From Octopus sinensis (Eukaryota): 64,000 nt of DNA. Every line of letters starts with the position of its first letter. Positions within the stretch are counted from its first letter, which is position 1. The position numbers were made by a program, and so were the translations under genes. The notes under the pieces were generated by a model, which saw only the letters and a program-made list of their open reading frames with translations, had not been told where the DNA came from and ran no database searches. The stretch lies in contig NW_021833024.1 in assembly GCF_006345805.1 (NCBI RefSeq), positions 62,001-126,000 on the forward strand, written 5' to 3'. Positions 52,096 to 64,000 of the stretch are shown piece by piece.

Positions 52096-52151
52096 TGTGA
52101 CATGGTTTGCGTGATACCTATGGGCCGCGTGATACCTGACGTGACCTTGAA
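52096..52151 (+). repeat. Left TIR
   Basis: TGTGACATGGTTTGCGTGATACCTATGGGCCGCGTGATACCTGACGTGACCTTGAA, containing GCGTGATACCT twice. Confidence 0.95.
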
Positions 52152-52184
52152 GCTTAACTTAATGTCAATATTGTAATTAATATT

Positions 52185-52550
52185 ACGTGTGTGGACTCTT
52201 TCTCGCCTCAGAACCTGCTGATGTCCGCCTCCGCTCCTGGATCTATTGTCACAACCGCGGAATGCAAAAAGATGCGGAAGTACTCCTCACTTACGGAGAA
52301 GTTCCAATTCCTTCCATTCGCGGTTGAGACTTCCGGTTCCTTGGGCAGTAAGGCAATCAGCTTCGTTCAGGAGATCGGGTCCCGCATGTCTGCTATCACA
52401 GGCGACGCCAGCGAATCGAGATGGTTTTTCGAGCGGATATCCCTTGCGATAGTACGCTCTAATTCTTTCTCGATCGCGTCGGCTTCCCGCCCATGAAGCT
52501 TTTAATTAATTAACTTGTAATTAAATACTTATAAATTAAAAAAAAATATA
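52185..52550 (+). mobile_element. 5'-truncated CRE-like non-LTR element (RLE C-terminus and A-tail) nested in the transposon
   Basis: TCVDSF..AECKKMRKY..FLPFAVETSG..EIGSR..ITGD..FFERISLAIVRSN; A-run near 52538-52546; much GC-richer than its flanks. Confidence 0.8.
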
Positions 52551-52576
52551 TTAAACTTCAAAGAATAACTTGTTAA

Positions 52577-53949
52577 TTATTTTTTAAGTCTGGACATTGG
52601 CACAATCGAAATTTCGCTCATCGAATTTTTTATCTATTAAATTTAAATGTTTAAACTACCTCAACGCGATTGTTTGATAAAATACTGATAATTTCTGCAG
52701 ATGGATAATATGGAGATTCAAACTTATCCAGTCGCAACGAAGAATTTGTTCCAAAGTTTTTTTTAACTCGAACCTAAACATCAATTTTTATGCATACTTT
52801 ATCACCAACACTAAATTCATACTTACTATTGTGAACATTCATTTTTCTGTTCATCGCTTTGTAATAATTAGAATTAGGATCAATGGGGTTGATTTCGAAC
52901 TGAAATCTTTTCGGACTTGCAAACGAATAATTACCATCATCTACATATAGAAATTCAAATTACATGAATTTTCAATTGGACTCGGACAATTGTTTGCATC
53001 ATCAACTTGATCAGGACTCAACAAATCTTGAATTATCTAAGGAATAATTTTATAATTACAACCATAAAATATTGTATTTATTCCACTTATTCCCCGTTGT
53101 CTTTCAAAAGGGCTCTCATTAGAAGATGAGTGGACATGAATGTTATAACTGTACACTGCATTTTCTAATTTTTCCAGCCACTTTTTATTATCATTGTCGA
53201 TCATTTTTGCCATTTTTCTTGTAATTGACTGGTTGAAGCGTTCGACAATCCCTTGTGAGCGGGGATTGTTTGGCCTTCCGTGAATTCGTTTGATATTGAA
53301 TTCCTCACATAGATTGGTCATTTCACGATTCTTGAATTCAGTCCCATTATCGGACTGAAGAAATTGACACGGACCATTTAAGAAAAATAATGATCTGAGG
53401 TTATGACCGTTGACCGTTAAAATCCATTTAAAATTTTTATTTATAGTAGAAAAACTTTTCAGATCTATAAGATCTATCTGAAATCTTTCATTTGGGCAAG
53501 ATGCAAAGACATGGTTATTTATATCTCCAATCTAGGATTTAAAAAAGTTAAAACTTTTAAGGGTCGCGCAAATTTACAAATTTCACAGTTTCGAATGACT
53601 TTTCGAATAATCTCATTTTTAAATGTGAAATATCGTTGTCGACATTCATATTCAATTTTGTTAACTCCTCCATGCGAGAAGTAATGCAAACTTTTAGCAA
53701 CGATCTCCATTTCGGGTTCATTGTCTAGACAAATCACTAGCTTGTGATCTGAATTCGAACATTTAAGATACAATCTATGCATTTACAATTTGTATGATAC
53801 CTTTCATTAATTACAGTAAAATTTTCAATTTTCTTAACTAGTCTATATTTTTTTTGCTTTGTAAGATGTTCAGGAAATCTATCCTGTAAAGCATCTTTTA
53901 AAATTTGAAATTCCAAACTATTCTTTACATAACCTTTGTACGAGGACAT
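52577..53949 (-). pseudogene. Integrase-type transposase with mini-introns, disabled
   Basis: HYFSH..CEIC zinc finger; ERFQIDLIDL; LQSDNGTEF; PRSQGIVERFNQS; FSVGDKV; introns at 53775-53800 (26 nt) and 53532-53554 (23 nt) splice in frame, with more inferred downstream; apparent core deletion, frameshift and stop. Confidence 0.82.
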
Positions 53950-54164
53950 TGCTGCAAAATATACTTGCACGCTAGAAATAACTCAAGAAATTTAGGTTTT
54001 CCACCAAAAAAATTAATTTCTGATAATTAAATTCCTACAAATATAATTTTTTGTCAAAATGAGAGAGTCTTTAGCTAATTTAGTAAATTATTTAATGATA
54101 AGAATGAGTCGCGGTCTAATTAAAAGATTTATAATTTAATCCCATCAATTTCATAATTGCACAT

Positions 54165-54220
54165 TTCAAGGTCACGTCAGGTATCACGCGGCCCATAGGT
54201 ATCGCGCAGCCCATGTCACA
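54165..54220 (-). repeat. Right TIR
   Basis: Reverse complement of 52096-52151 with 3 mismatches. Confidence 0.95.
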
Positions 54221-54697
54221 TAATATGTTATTATCATTTCTCGGCCGACTATTGATTTTAATTTTTTTGCAAAAAATAATGCATTTTTGACCAAAATTCA
54301 AATCCTTTTTCCATTTTCGCTTTTCTTACATTGATCCCTTTGTTACAAAAACAAATAATTGTTTGAATTCGAATTATAGTTGAACAAAAAGAACTTAAAT
54401 TTAATTAAAAAAATAACCAAGGTATAAACGAAACGTGTTTTTCTACAGTAATAGTTACTGCCAGCCAATCCTACAGTACCCTTTATAATGTAACTTAGAA
54501 GTTTGGAGGACAGGTGTAAACTAAATATCCACATTTTTGTATGGATTTTGCCAATTAAAATAAAGGAAAACAAGCTTTATTAGTAATTCTGAATTAGTTA
54601 GGAATATCCGAATAATTAATTTGCAAGAATTTCACACAAGACTTTTTTGTCCATAATAATTGCCTCGTCAAAAAGATTCTCGTATTCGAAAAAATCG

Positions 54698-55165
54698 CTA
54701 TTGCTGATAATCTTTTTCGTAAAGTCCTTTAAATGAAGCATAATTCCATACAACGACACCAGGATTAGATTGAAAAATCTCAACAATCTTCTCGCAAATC
54801 TGAAATTGTAAGGATTTTTGGTGATTTTCACTTATTTTATTTTTCTATAATTCATTAAAAGGACATTTAAACCAATTTTTCAATTTTATTGAAAATATTT
54901 TGTGGAAGAATATTACTTGACAGCAGATTCATACCAATCTCACTTACCTCTGGCAAATTTGACAATATTTTATCAAATGATGTTCTCGAATTGTGAAAAT
55001 CTGACACATCTTTCTCCCTGAATAACGGATTGGGATAACCTTCCAGCAAAACCATAGTGCACTATATTAACCCTAACTCACTAAATAGTTACTGCTTCAA
55101 AACTGATGAGGAATAATACTAAATAGAACACTTATTAACAAAACAGTACTAAATAAGGTCAACAT
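54698..55165 (-). CDS. Possible orphan secreted protein of about 90 aa
   Basis: MLTLFMFYLVLFLISFEA leader, CTMVLLEGYPNPLFREK..LPE, ICEKIVEIFQSNPGVVVWNY..DYQQ*; needs one 20-nt, one 31-nt and one longer intron. Confidence 0.33.
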
Positions 55166-55326
55166 TCTATTTATCATTATTTTATTGTTTTCAAGATTTT
55201 CTGGTTTTCCATTTATAATAATTTAAAATAGTATTAACAATAATAATTCACAAAATACAATAATCATCTAAAGTCACATTTTACAAAATAATTAACTAAA
55301 ATAATAATTTTTTAGAACAGATGAAT

Positions 55327-56412
55327 GGAAGGTTTTGCAACTAGACCACATCTCAAATCAATTGTGTGCTCACTCGATTTTCAGAAGGCCTTTGATTCGG
55401 TCTCTAGAAATATACTGACCCGAAAAATATTCGACCTATCGATCGACTCGAATATAAAACTCTTGCTTTCAAATTTCCTCAGCGGAAGAAGAGGGCGTGT
55501 ATGGCTGAATGGAATCAAATCAATCTCGAGATTACTTCCAAACAGAGTTCCCCAAGGCTCCCCCTCTCTTCTGCTCTATTCAATTTATACCTATCCGACA
55601 TCCCTAACCCTGAAATGGAAGACTCAATCATTTTCGCCTACGCTGACGACCTACTCATTGGATCACGTGACCAAGACCTCTCGAAGGCTTCCAAAAGAAC
55701 ACAAGATCTCTTATTAGAAATTCGAACTTGCTATATCAAAACAGGATGAACATCTCCTCCGAAAAATCGTCCACTACCCTATTTACGTCGGACAAGAGAC
55801 TTGGAAGCCTTACTGTTGATCTTTTTCTGGACAACGAAAAGATCCCATTCTCGAAGAACCCTAAAATTCTGGGGGTCACTTTTGACACCCACATGTGTTT
55901 TACTGCCCATTTAGAGAAGGCTATCGGATCCAGTCAGAGAAAGATTGGACTAATCAAATCGATTTTTGGTAGACTAAAAACACCGTTCCCGGGTCTCGGC
56001 ACTCTCTACAAACAATTCATCGAACCAACAATTAGCTATGCCTGCGCCGCTTGGAGTTCTAATCTCTCATGGTCTAACCGCCTTAAAATTGAGACTACAC
56101 TATGCCGAGCCGCGGCTAGCATAACGAAAATTTCCAAACTGAACAACATTACCCCAACTCCGCTTGACCAACTTATTAAGAAAGATGGAAAGGGTTTCTT
56201 AGCTATCCAACAAAAACACCTGCCAAAAGACTTCAACAATCAAAAGCAAATCACCCCACTCCAATTCCTCACAAAAACTGCTCCCCGCCCGTCCCGCACT
56301 TGCGTTGGGTCCAGATTCCAACATCGGGAAAAGCTGAGAAAGATTTTGAGGATTGTTGGAATCACCTAATTAATTACCCTAATTAACTGTTGGTGATTCT
56401 TGGGTTAAAAAA
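55327..56412 (+). mobile_element. 5'-truncated LINE (RT core to poly-A) with 6-bp TSD
   Basis: LDFQKAFD, VPQGSP, LFNLYLSD, FAYADD, KILGVTFD; two frameshifts; A-tail 56406-56412; ATGAAT at 55321-55326 and 56413-56418. Confidence 0.92.
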
Positions 56413-56429
56413 ATGAATATCAACTACTT

Positions 56430-56830
56430 TCTCGCTCTGAAAGAATTGCGGTCAGCTTTGAGAGAAAAGAGGTTCTATGGCCGTTCTAGAGAATTGGGAT
56501 TCTCAAAATTTGAATTGGATAAATTCCCTTATGGGTAAGATGATTTAAAAAATAGGTCAATAGTTACCTCATATTACAAATTTGAGATAAAATAAAATTA
56601 GAAAATATAAAAATTTTGATGCTTTTGGACAATGCAAGCCCACATAAAATGATCGATTCCAACATGAGATTTTTATAATAAAAAATTGCTTTTTAACACC
56701 TTGAGATTGCTTTTTGTCCAAAGATGATTGTTTGAAATTAATCCAAATGACTTGACAAAACGGCCAGTTTGGAATTAAAACACTTGGTAAAAATAATACA
56801 AAGTGCCTTAAAATAACTGCTTTAGAAATT
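56430..56830 (+). mobile_element. pogo/Tigger DDE remnant
   Basis: KIKLENIKILMLLDNASPH. Confidence 0.55.
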
Positions 56831-57045
56831 CGCTTTCTTGATAATTACCAAATTCTTATTAAAGAGGTTTTGTACTGTCAGCACAGATGAAGCATTGACA
56901 AAGTCTTTTTCGTTATTTTCCTGTTGTTTATTTCACGCTAAATGCTCAATACAGCTATCACAAAGATTAAAACAGAACCATACAATATTTGAATCTCGTC
57001 ATTACAAAACCATCCCTAACTAAAATATGTTTTAAAAAGCAGCAA

Positions 57046-60000
57046 TCACAAAGAATCAGAGACTAAACCAGAACTAGTTTCATCCAATTCGTCTGCGATT
57101 AAAGATTGGTCAATCTTAAAATCACGTGATTTTGACATTTTCATTCCCTTTATTAAATCGATCTGCCATTCATCATAAAATGAAACCTTTGACTTAACTG
57201 ACAAAGTCAACAGTTGGTGTTCAAAAGATTCAATCGAATACACCAATTTTGGTAGCAGTTTTGACTCACAACAATCCTGAAAATAAATTTTAGAATCAAA
57301 CCACATTCCGACGTGGTTGAATTTTAATGGAATTTAATTTTCTCTTCTTAGAAGCAGAATTCCCAATTCTTTCACTCTCGAATGCCTGAAATAACATATA
57401 TTTTAAACCTGAACATATGTGAGCAAAATATACACACGAGGAGTAAAATCGTGCGACAATGCATTCAAAAAACGGACAAACCTATCACTCATAATCCCCG
57501 GATTGTCACCCAAACAACTCAAAACCTGTTTAAATTTACTAATGACAAATACATAACGAATAATATCTGAGGCCTGTGAGTAAAACCGAGTTATCAGACG
57601 AAGAAGAAAGCAAATCAGAGTGGACGAAGGCAAGGCAATTTGTACAATATCATAAATGAGGGAAAGAACAGAACCAAAATTGTATGACAATTTCGATAGT
57701 AGTAACGGTACTAAGCCTGTTAGAATTTTACGTTATTACCAACGGAGGAAAGACTGGTTTGTTCTGACTTTAGGGAAGAGTAAAGCCAATTTATTTCGTC
57801 CAATTCCAAACTAACTTGACGCAGGAGAATGTTCAAGGTAGCCGAGGCAGAAGGAAGATCACAAACCACTCCAAATTTGTCTCCAACGTCAGAAACATCG
57901 ACTGTCTATAACAAATAACACTCAAAGTACAAGCTTTGTCAATATCTCCAAAGAAAGTGTGCAAATGGGAGGAAATGTCACTTGCCAGGACAAAAAATGT
58001 CGCCGTTCGACGAACACAGTTAAAATAAAGCCACAAGAATTCACGGAGAAGTCTCAAATCACCTAAAATTAAGAAATAAAAAACAAACTAAAAGTATACT
58101 GCGAACAAATTCTTGAAAACCATTCTACAAGTTTAGTCACTGTGTCTCCGGCCAAGTCAGTGTGGACTACAAAAATCCTAATGAGTGCTAAAAGTGCAAG
58201 TAATTCGCGGAAACTACTTCTTCCCGCTCTGAATTCAAGTGTAGAAACAAAAAGCCTCTAAGTTATTGAGAGGCTCGCAAGATAACTTGAAATGTAGAAA
58301 CGAGGACATTATTGGCATCTTGTGACTCGTCCCCCTCAAGGACATCCGCCAAAGACTCCAAAAAATCCCAAAAAACAAAATTTAAATTTTCGAAAATCGT
58401 TTTAAGCACACCAGCAAGACATTCTGTCGCCAAAACAAGCAAATCAACACGTTTTTCGTTTTCTCGCGTGTTTTTAAGAGACGATGACATCATCAAATAA
58501 CCCAAGCAGTACCAACCGGTACAAAAACAATAAAAACCTGGAAATGTCCAAAAGATTTTCACGGAGCTGATGTCGACAGTAAAAAACGTCACAATTTCGA
58601 TTAATTTCCTCAACTTGTTGAATAATTGTACTCAAAATGTAATTTATGAGCCGAATATTCACAAAATCGTACTTTTCATGTTTCAAACTAAATAAAACAG
58701 TAACTCTCACCCAAATCTGCCTGTTGTAATATCAACCATTCCTTCAAACGTCAAAAGTCCGGATATTGATAAATTTATTGGTTTTTTGCCCATTACTTTT
58801 TGTTGTGAGTTATAGAAATGATTTTTTATATTTTTTTGCATCTCCAAAAACTCGACTGCCCGTTCCTCGGGGTCATTTCTGAGAAGAGACCACTCCAAAA
58901 GAACATCACAAACTCGACAAATCGCCGACACTAAAAGTAAATCCTTCTGCTGATAATTCTCATTCGATTCCACTGATTTGACCTTTTTTAATAAAAAATT
59001 CAAAATACCAAATCAAAACATTCTGGGCTACATTTAACCATTCTAATCGCGATGGAAGAGATCATCGATTCCAACTTCCCACATTCGCCCCCAACACGTG
59101 TCTGAACCAGCATTGCACACTGCAAGAGCCCATCCTGAAAATATTCCAAAATAATTACTAATGACTCTTTTGGGACCAATCCTGTTTCTGTCAAGTCATA
59201 CACACAACCAAAGTCCAGAGGTGGGAGAAGTTCCTCATCTGCTTCGTAGTATTTCTCCAACTGAGACATAACAATGTGATAAACAAGTCCGTCGACAACC
59301 TCATTGTTGCCCACAGCCAAAGGAAGACTCTTTTTTTCAAAAATCACAAATAACCGAATATAGCGACTTTCTCGCCTCAAAATCGTGGCTAATCGAGGAT
59401 TTGAGATATGCAGAGATCTCTGAATACACAGCATCGTAGTAAAGACTGGACTGTCGAGATGTTAATTTAGATTCCGATGCCTTTTATAAATTATAAACCA
59501 AATTACAACCTGAATTGACCGAGTGATGTTGAAAGACATGCTGAATTGGGATAAAGATGAGGCATTCTCCGGCATATAACGTATAATATGTATATAACTA
59601 GCAACCGCTGCCTTTTTAGCCTCAGGATTACTTAAATAAAAAATGATGATCAAAAACTTTGATATTAACATTTTTTTCAGATTTTGAAAAAGAGTGGACC
59701 TCATTTGCTCGACTTCTTTGAGCAGAGGAAGGCAACAACGCACCAACGGACTAATCAAAGCACGAGGAAGAATGACCAAATTTTCAAAAAAATTTGAAAC
59801 AGGACTACAACACCTAACAACTGCAGAAATATTATATTTTTGCATATAATTGAGAATATCTACACAAATAATAAAGCTAACAGACCGATGTAGTGTTTAC
59901 TTAACTTTTCGGAGTAGGGAACAATATTTTGACATATTTTTTCAAGCATAAATACCCGACACTCGTCGTTATTTACCTTAAAGTAACAAAAACCTTAACT

Positions 60001-61302
60001 GAGAATATTTTGAGGAAAATATGAGTTGATAAACGCACAATTGGTCTTCGAACGGCGTCTTCACACGAAATTGACAAATTAATCAGTTCCTGTGCCAATT
60101 TTACCACTTCTCTGGAAATTAGAGAAAAAGTAAAGTCACTAAAAATTCTAAAAACTGCAAAAACCAGCGTCTGCATATTTTTAAAACAATTTCCTCCACG
60201 GGCGAGGCAGATGGAAGTAGTTTTTTGAGCCAAAAACAGCGTTTTGAGCGATTAGAACTATCAAAAACTCCTAAAATGGATTGTGCGATAATTTTTATAA
60301 TCTGAAATATAATTTTTTGATAGAAATTCACATTTTCGTGTATTCGATTTGATTTCAGGTTCCAATAAAGTATAAACGCCACCAAAAAAGTGCATAAAAG
60401 AGACTCGTCGAAAGTTGGAAGGCTCTTGAAATGAAATATAAAAAAACTCGAATATTGTTGCAAAAAATGCGAAATGTCTCGATTTTTAGAGATTCAAGCT
60501 TTTCTATCAGAACATCCATACACTCGAACATTAAATCCCTAAAAAATAAAAATAACATAAACTTATTGGAATCATCAGCAAAAATCATATCAAGTTTTTT
60601 AATCAACGATTTGAGCAAAAATATGGCATTATTCTTTAAAATATGTAAAAAAAAAGCAAACGGTCGCCGGAATTTGTAATAAAACTGTTATCACATGTTT
60701 AATATAACACAATGGAATATTATCAACCAAACAAAGTGCCTTTTCTATAATTTGTGGATATTCGTCGCCGGATAATCCAAGTTTATTAGTCACGTTGATC
60801 ACAGGCCCTAAATTGGCCACAGAAAGTCAAAAATATTTAGAAATCAAACCTGTTTATTATTTCGTCGACGATTGGCCGAGGAACACTCTTTGATAATGAA
60901 ATAAAGGAGGATAATTCTTTGTTTGTGTTAATTATCATTTTTATCAGTGAAAAGCAACGATGTGACGAAACATGTTCAAAATCCGTTCTAAAAATATTAT
61001 TTTTAAAGACATTTCGGCTGGATATTCACTATTCAGTAACACTTCCCATAAAAGATCCTCAACCTCCTGTTTTTGATCATTAGTGAGGTCACAGGTCTAG
61101 ACTAATGATAGGGTCATACATATTCATCCAGAATGATACATATTTGGGTGGCTATTGGACAGTAAATGTTATCCTTCATTATTTTAATTGCTATTTTGAA
61201 AATATTTCTGATATCATTTTGAATTAAAATGTTTGTTTTGATAATTGGTAGGTCAACTTTTTCAAAAAAATTATCAAGTTCATTTATAAGTTGTTCATTC
61301 AT
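57046..61302 (-). CDS. FANCI: Fanconi anemia group I protein
   Basis: LPRALISPLVRCCLPLLK..LKKM..AKKAAVASYI; QLEKYYEADEELLPPL; C-terminal KLLPKLVYSIESFEHQLLTLSVKSKV..MKMSKSRDFKI. Confidence 0.9.
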
Positions 61303-61429
61303 ATGACCTATTCACAATAACGTCATAAAAATAAGCCGGGTAATTTATTCTTTAACAAATTAATTATTACAAATTAATTAATTTTTATAAATTAGCAATA
61401 AAAAGTATTTAAATTTTAATGAAAATCTG

Positions 61430-61930
61430 TTACGCACTACCGTGACAGCCGCAACAAAAAATATTGAATATGTCATAAAGCAATTTATGCAATGGTTTAG
61501 AATCTACACTGTAGATAAATCAAAACTGTAGATAATTAAGGAATAAAATATTTTGTGAAAAAAGTTGAGCGCGTTAATCAAACGATTGCGAGACACTATA
61601 AAAGTTGATGTATTCTGGTAGAAATAAATGGGCCTGTTCTCAAATATTCAGTCTATTGTTACAACATAATAATTCACTTATTTTCAAATGATGCGCCTTT
61701 TAAGGAATTTTAGAAACAATGCCTAGAAGGTGCCATATTTTTACTAATCTTAAGTGCCACATTTTAACAAATGCTAGGTAAAAGCCATTCTATCCGGAAA
61801 TGGAAAGAATGGGGTGAAATATGAACAAACTATTTTATTCAGCTTAGATAACTTTTTGTAATTAATAATACCTATTAACCAACAAAGACTCTTGTGCGGA
61901 AAATATAAATGTGCATAAGAGGTGAATCTT
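61430..61930 (+). mobile_element. Decayed integrase remnant, similar to the 52096-54220 transposase
   Basis: KVERVNQTI..YCYNIIIH..PF parallels GIVERFNQSI..YSYNIHVH..PF; no TIRs found. Confidence 0.5.
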
Positions 61931-62109
61931 TTTATGAACAAAGTTTTGTCAACGAATCAACTCGTACTTCTATTAAAATCATTGCTTTTTTATTTACAAA
62001 AATTTTCGGGATTGAAAACGATTTATTTTGAAGCTAAAATAGTTTTAGAGGGAATTTCAACAATGTTTTGATTTTTGCTTTCTCATATGACGACATATAT
62101 TACCAATTT

Positions 62110-62240
62110 TTCAACTTCAGCCTGCTCTGACACATCGGGTCACTATTTGAAAAGATTACCAGCAACCTATCCGAGGACCGGTATCTGACCGAACGAGTCT
62201 CACTAACTATCGTCAGAGCTATCCGCCATAAAACATTCTC
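62110..62240 (+). mobile_element. Second CRE-like RLE 3' remnant
   Basis: HIGSLFEKITSNLSEDRYLTERVSLTIVRA parallels EIGSRMSAITGDASESRWFFERISLAIVRS at 52370-52460. Confidence 0.5.
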
Positions 62241-62341
62241 TTTTTTTAAACTACTTATTTTGTAATAAAACACATTTTAAATAAGTGATTAAAAATATTT
62301 CTATAGAAACCACCTCACAAAGCTTGATATATAATTCAATC

Positions 62342-64000
62342 ATGTCAGAAAAATCTACGAAAGAGATTAATATTAAAAATATACTTTCCCGCGTCCATGT
62401 ATTTACTTGAATTTTTATTTTTAGACCCAGACAGAAAATCTTGCTCAAACAAACGAAGGTAAAAAAGATGCAGATGAATCATTTGATAAAACAAATAAAT
62501 GTATAAAAATATTAATTAAATCCACAGCATTCGGTTTAATGGCCAGATTGCAAGAAATTAAAAAGCGACTTAAAGCATCAAAAAATGATTCATTCGAGGA
62601 AGAGACGATTATTAATCTTGAAGAAGACTCTAGAGTATTTCAGTCGATTCAACATTAGATTGTCAATACGTTAATTGGGGAAACCAAATCTCCTCAAATA
62701 GTTCTGGATTTTATGGAGGAGGTCATTTCTGAATTGATAAAATGACAGATTAAGAAAAAAAGAATGGAAATTAACGAAGCACGAGAATTTTTCTGTAAAA
62801 CAAAATTCGACGACATCGAAACAGAAAATATGGTACAAGTTGCTGGTAGATTACTTATTTTTATTAATAAGGTGATGAAGAACAACCAAATGCTCCTGCG
62901 ATTTATAAATCCCGTTTCGTTCTCTTTAGTGAACCATCGTCCGTGGTTCCCTACGAGCTTCCTAAAAGTAATATTCTTAGAGTTGAATCAAAGATATTCC
63001 TGTGGGGATATCCACTCTTACAGATCTGGCCGATGAGGGAATATATGTTGGAGATCAGAACTTGGCTTTAAAAAATAATAAATTAATCAAAAAACTATTC
63101 CGAGACGAAGAAATGGTTTGTTTTTTCCCGAATAAAATAATAGGGGAAATCGTGGATTGATTCTGCAGGAAAATTTATTCAAAGCCCAAACCCAGTTAGA
63201 AACAAAGCATATCAACTACTTCCTGAAGAGATGCGGAAAGAACGTACTGAGGTCTCACTTAGTCACGTTATTTATATTTAACACGTTGTAGAATGCCATC
63301 AAAACTTTAAAATCTCCCATGCCGACTAAGAAAGAAAGATATTCTCTAAACATAGATTGTAATCGAATACAGTTCAATCACCACGATTTGTTCAGTGAGG
63401 AAAATATCCTCGCGAACCAGCTCTGCGAATTTTATGAAGCCTATGTTGAATATAATGCCAGAAATAACATTCAATTTTGTCGCAAAAAAGTTTTTAATTA
63501 TCACAATAACAATAAGGTGGCGGCTTTCAAAAACATGATAAACACTTGTAAAAAACTATTAATACAAGAGGTTTAGAGGAAACTAATTCATGTAGGTCTC
63601 AGAGGTGGAAAAACAAAATATCAAACACTCAATGCTCCAGTATTACGAAGAAATATCGTAGGACATAGTGTATAATACTACTATAGAGCCCTCAGACAAT
63701 GTATTGACGAAGAATCGTTATTTGAACGTGAGTTGCTCAGAAAAATGATCAAAAAATGGAAAGAAATCAAAAGCAAAAGAACCAGTCAAAAATACACAAA
63801 TACAAATGTAAAATTGAAGATAAAAAAGTTATAAAAATTATTTATTAAGTTTACTAGAATCACTGTTGACCCAGAACAGGACCAAATCTCATGGGAAAAC
63901 GAGATACAAGAAGAAGTTCAAGAATTGAAAAACCAGTTTGACCTCCAACACGAACAGGACGTGATCGAATATGCATATTTAGCTGAATTATGGAAAACAA
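62342..64000 (+). CDS. CC2D2A: Ciliary transition-zone protein CC2D2A (MKS6), 5' part, runs off the window
   Basis: DEGIYVGDQN..KWF and YSLNIDCNRIQFNHHDLFSEENILANQLCEFYEAY parallel DEGLYTGVRP..RWF and [35 protein letters not shown]. Confidence 0.8.

Larger units (their letters stand above)
52096..54220 (-). mobile_element. Ginger2/TDD-like DNA transposon with retroviral-type integrase, 2125 bp
   Basis: 56-bp TIRs (TGT...ACA, 53/56 identical) at 52096-52151 and 54165-54220; TAATA on both flanks (52091-52095, 54221-54225); internal integrase gene. Confidence 0.88.

Noticed and set aside
55068-55077. TAACCCTAAC telomere-like motif
   Set aside because: Under two repeat units; chance level
57046-61302. 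FANCD2 assignment
   Set aside because: C-terminal and internal motifs match FANCI
1-64000. Ciliate-type genetic code or myxozoan origin as the explanation for tiny introns
   Set aside because: TAA, TAG and TGA all end genes; CC2D2A argues for a ciliated organism, whereas myxozoans lack cilia (inference)
1-64000. Most remaining short ORFs in the track
   Set aside because: Antisense or off-frame shadows of the spliced genes and TE remnants listed

Overview
Eukaryotic (metazoan) nuclear DNA, AT-rich, standard genetic code, gene-dense. All gene models were spliced by hand and identities rest on recalled motif similarity; no alignments or database searches were run. Nearly every gene is cut by ultra-short spliceosomal introns (mostly 22-29 nt), which is why the ORF track is fragmented. 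About 22 genes can be reconstructed: RPL18A, a calmodulin-like gene, a Fer3/FERD3L-type bHLH, MRPS11, Yippee-like, WASHC4, DNAJC11, EDC4, ALDH2-like, Lines-like, ATP13A1, a LEMD2/MAN1-like gene with no visible LEM domain, an intronless WDR5-like gene, VPS35L, a RhoGAP, a secreted 3xShKT protein, FLII, MFSD1, TSPO, FANCI, the 5' part of CC2D2A, and two low-confidence orphans. Tiny introns plus animal-type genes plus the ciliary gene CC2D2A point (inference) to a ciliated, genome-reduced animal such as a dicyemid mesozoan. Intergenic DNA holds decayed transposons: RTE, I/Jockey-like, CRE-like and R4/Dong-like non-LTR fragments, pogo/Tigger remnants, and a 2125-bp Ginger2/TDD-like integrase transposon with 56-bp TIRs, a 5-bp TSD and host-style mini-introns. 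The most unusual signals are a C-rich to G-rich skew reversal inside several genes (visible in neutral introns), the mini-intron-bearing transposon, non-canonical mini-introns, and a probable WDR5 retrogene sharing an 87-bp spacer with VPS35L. No rRNA, tRNA or CRISPR array could be supported.
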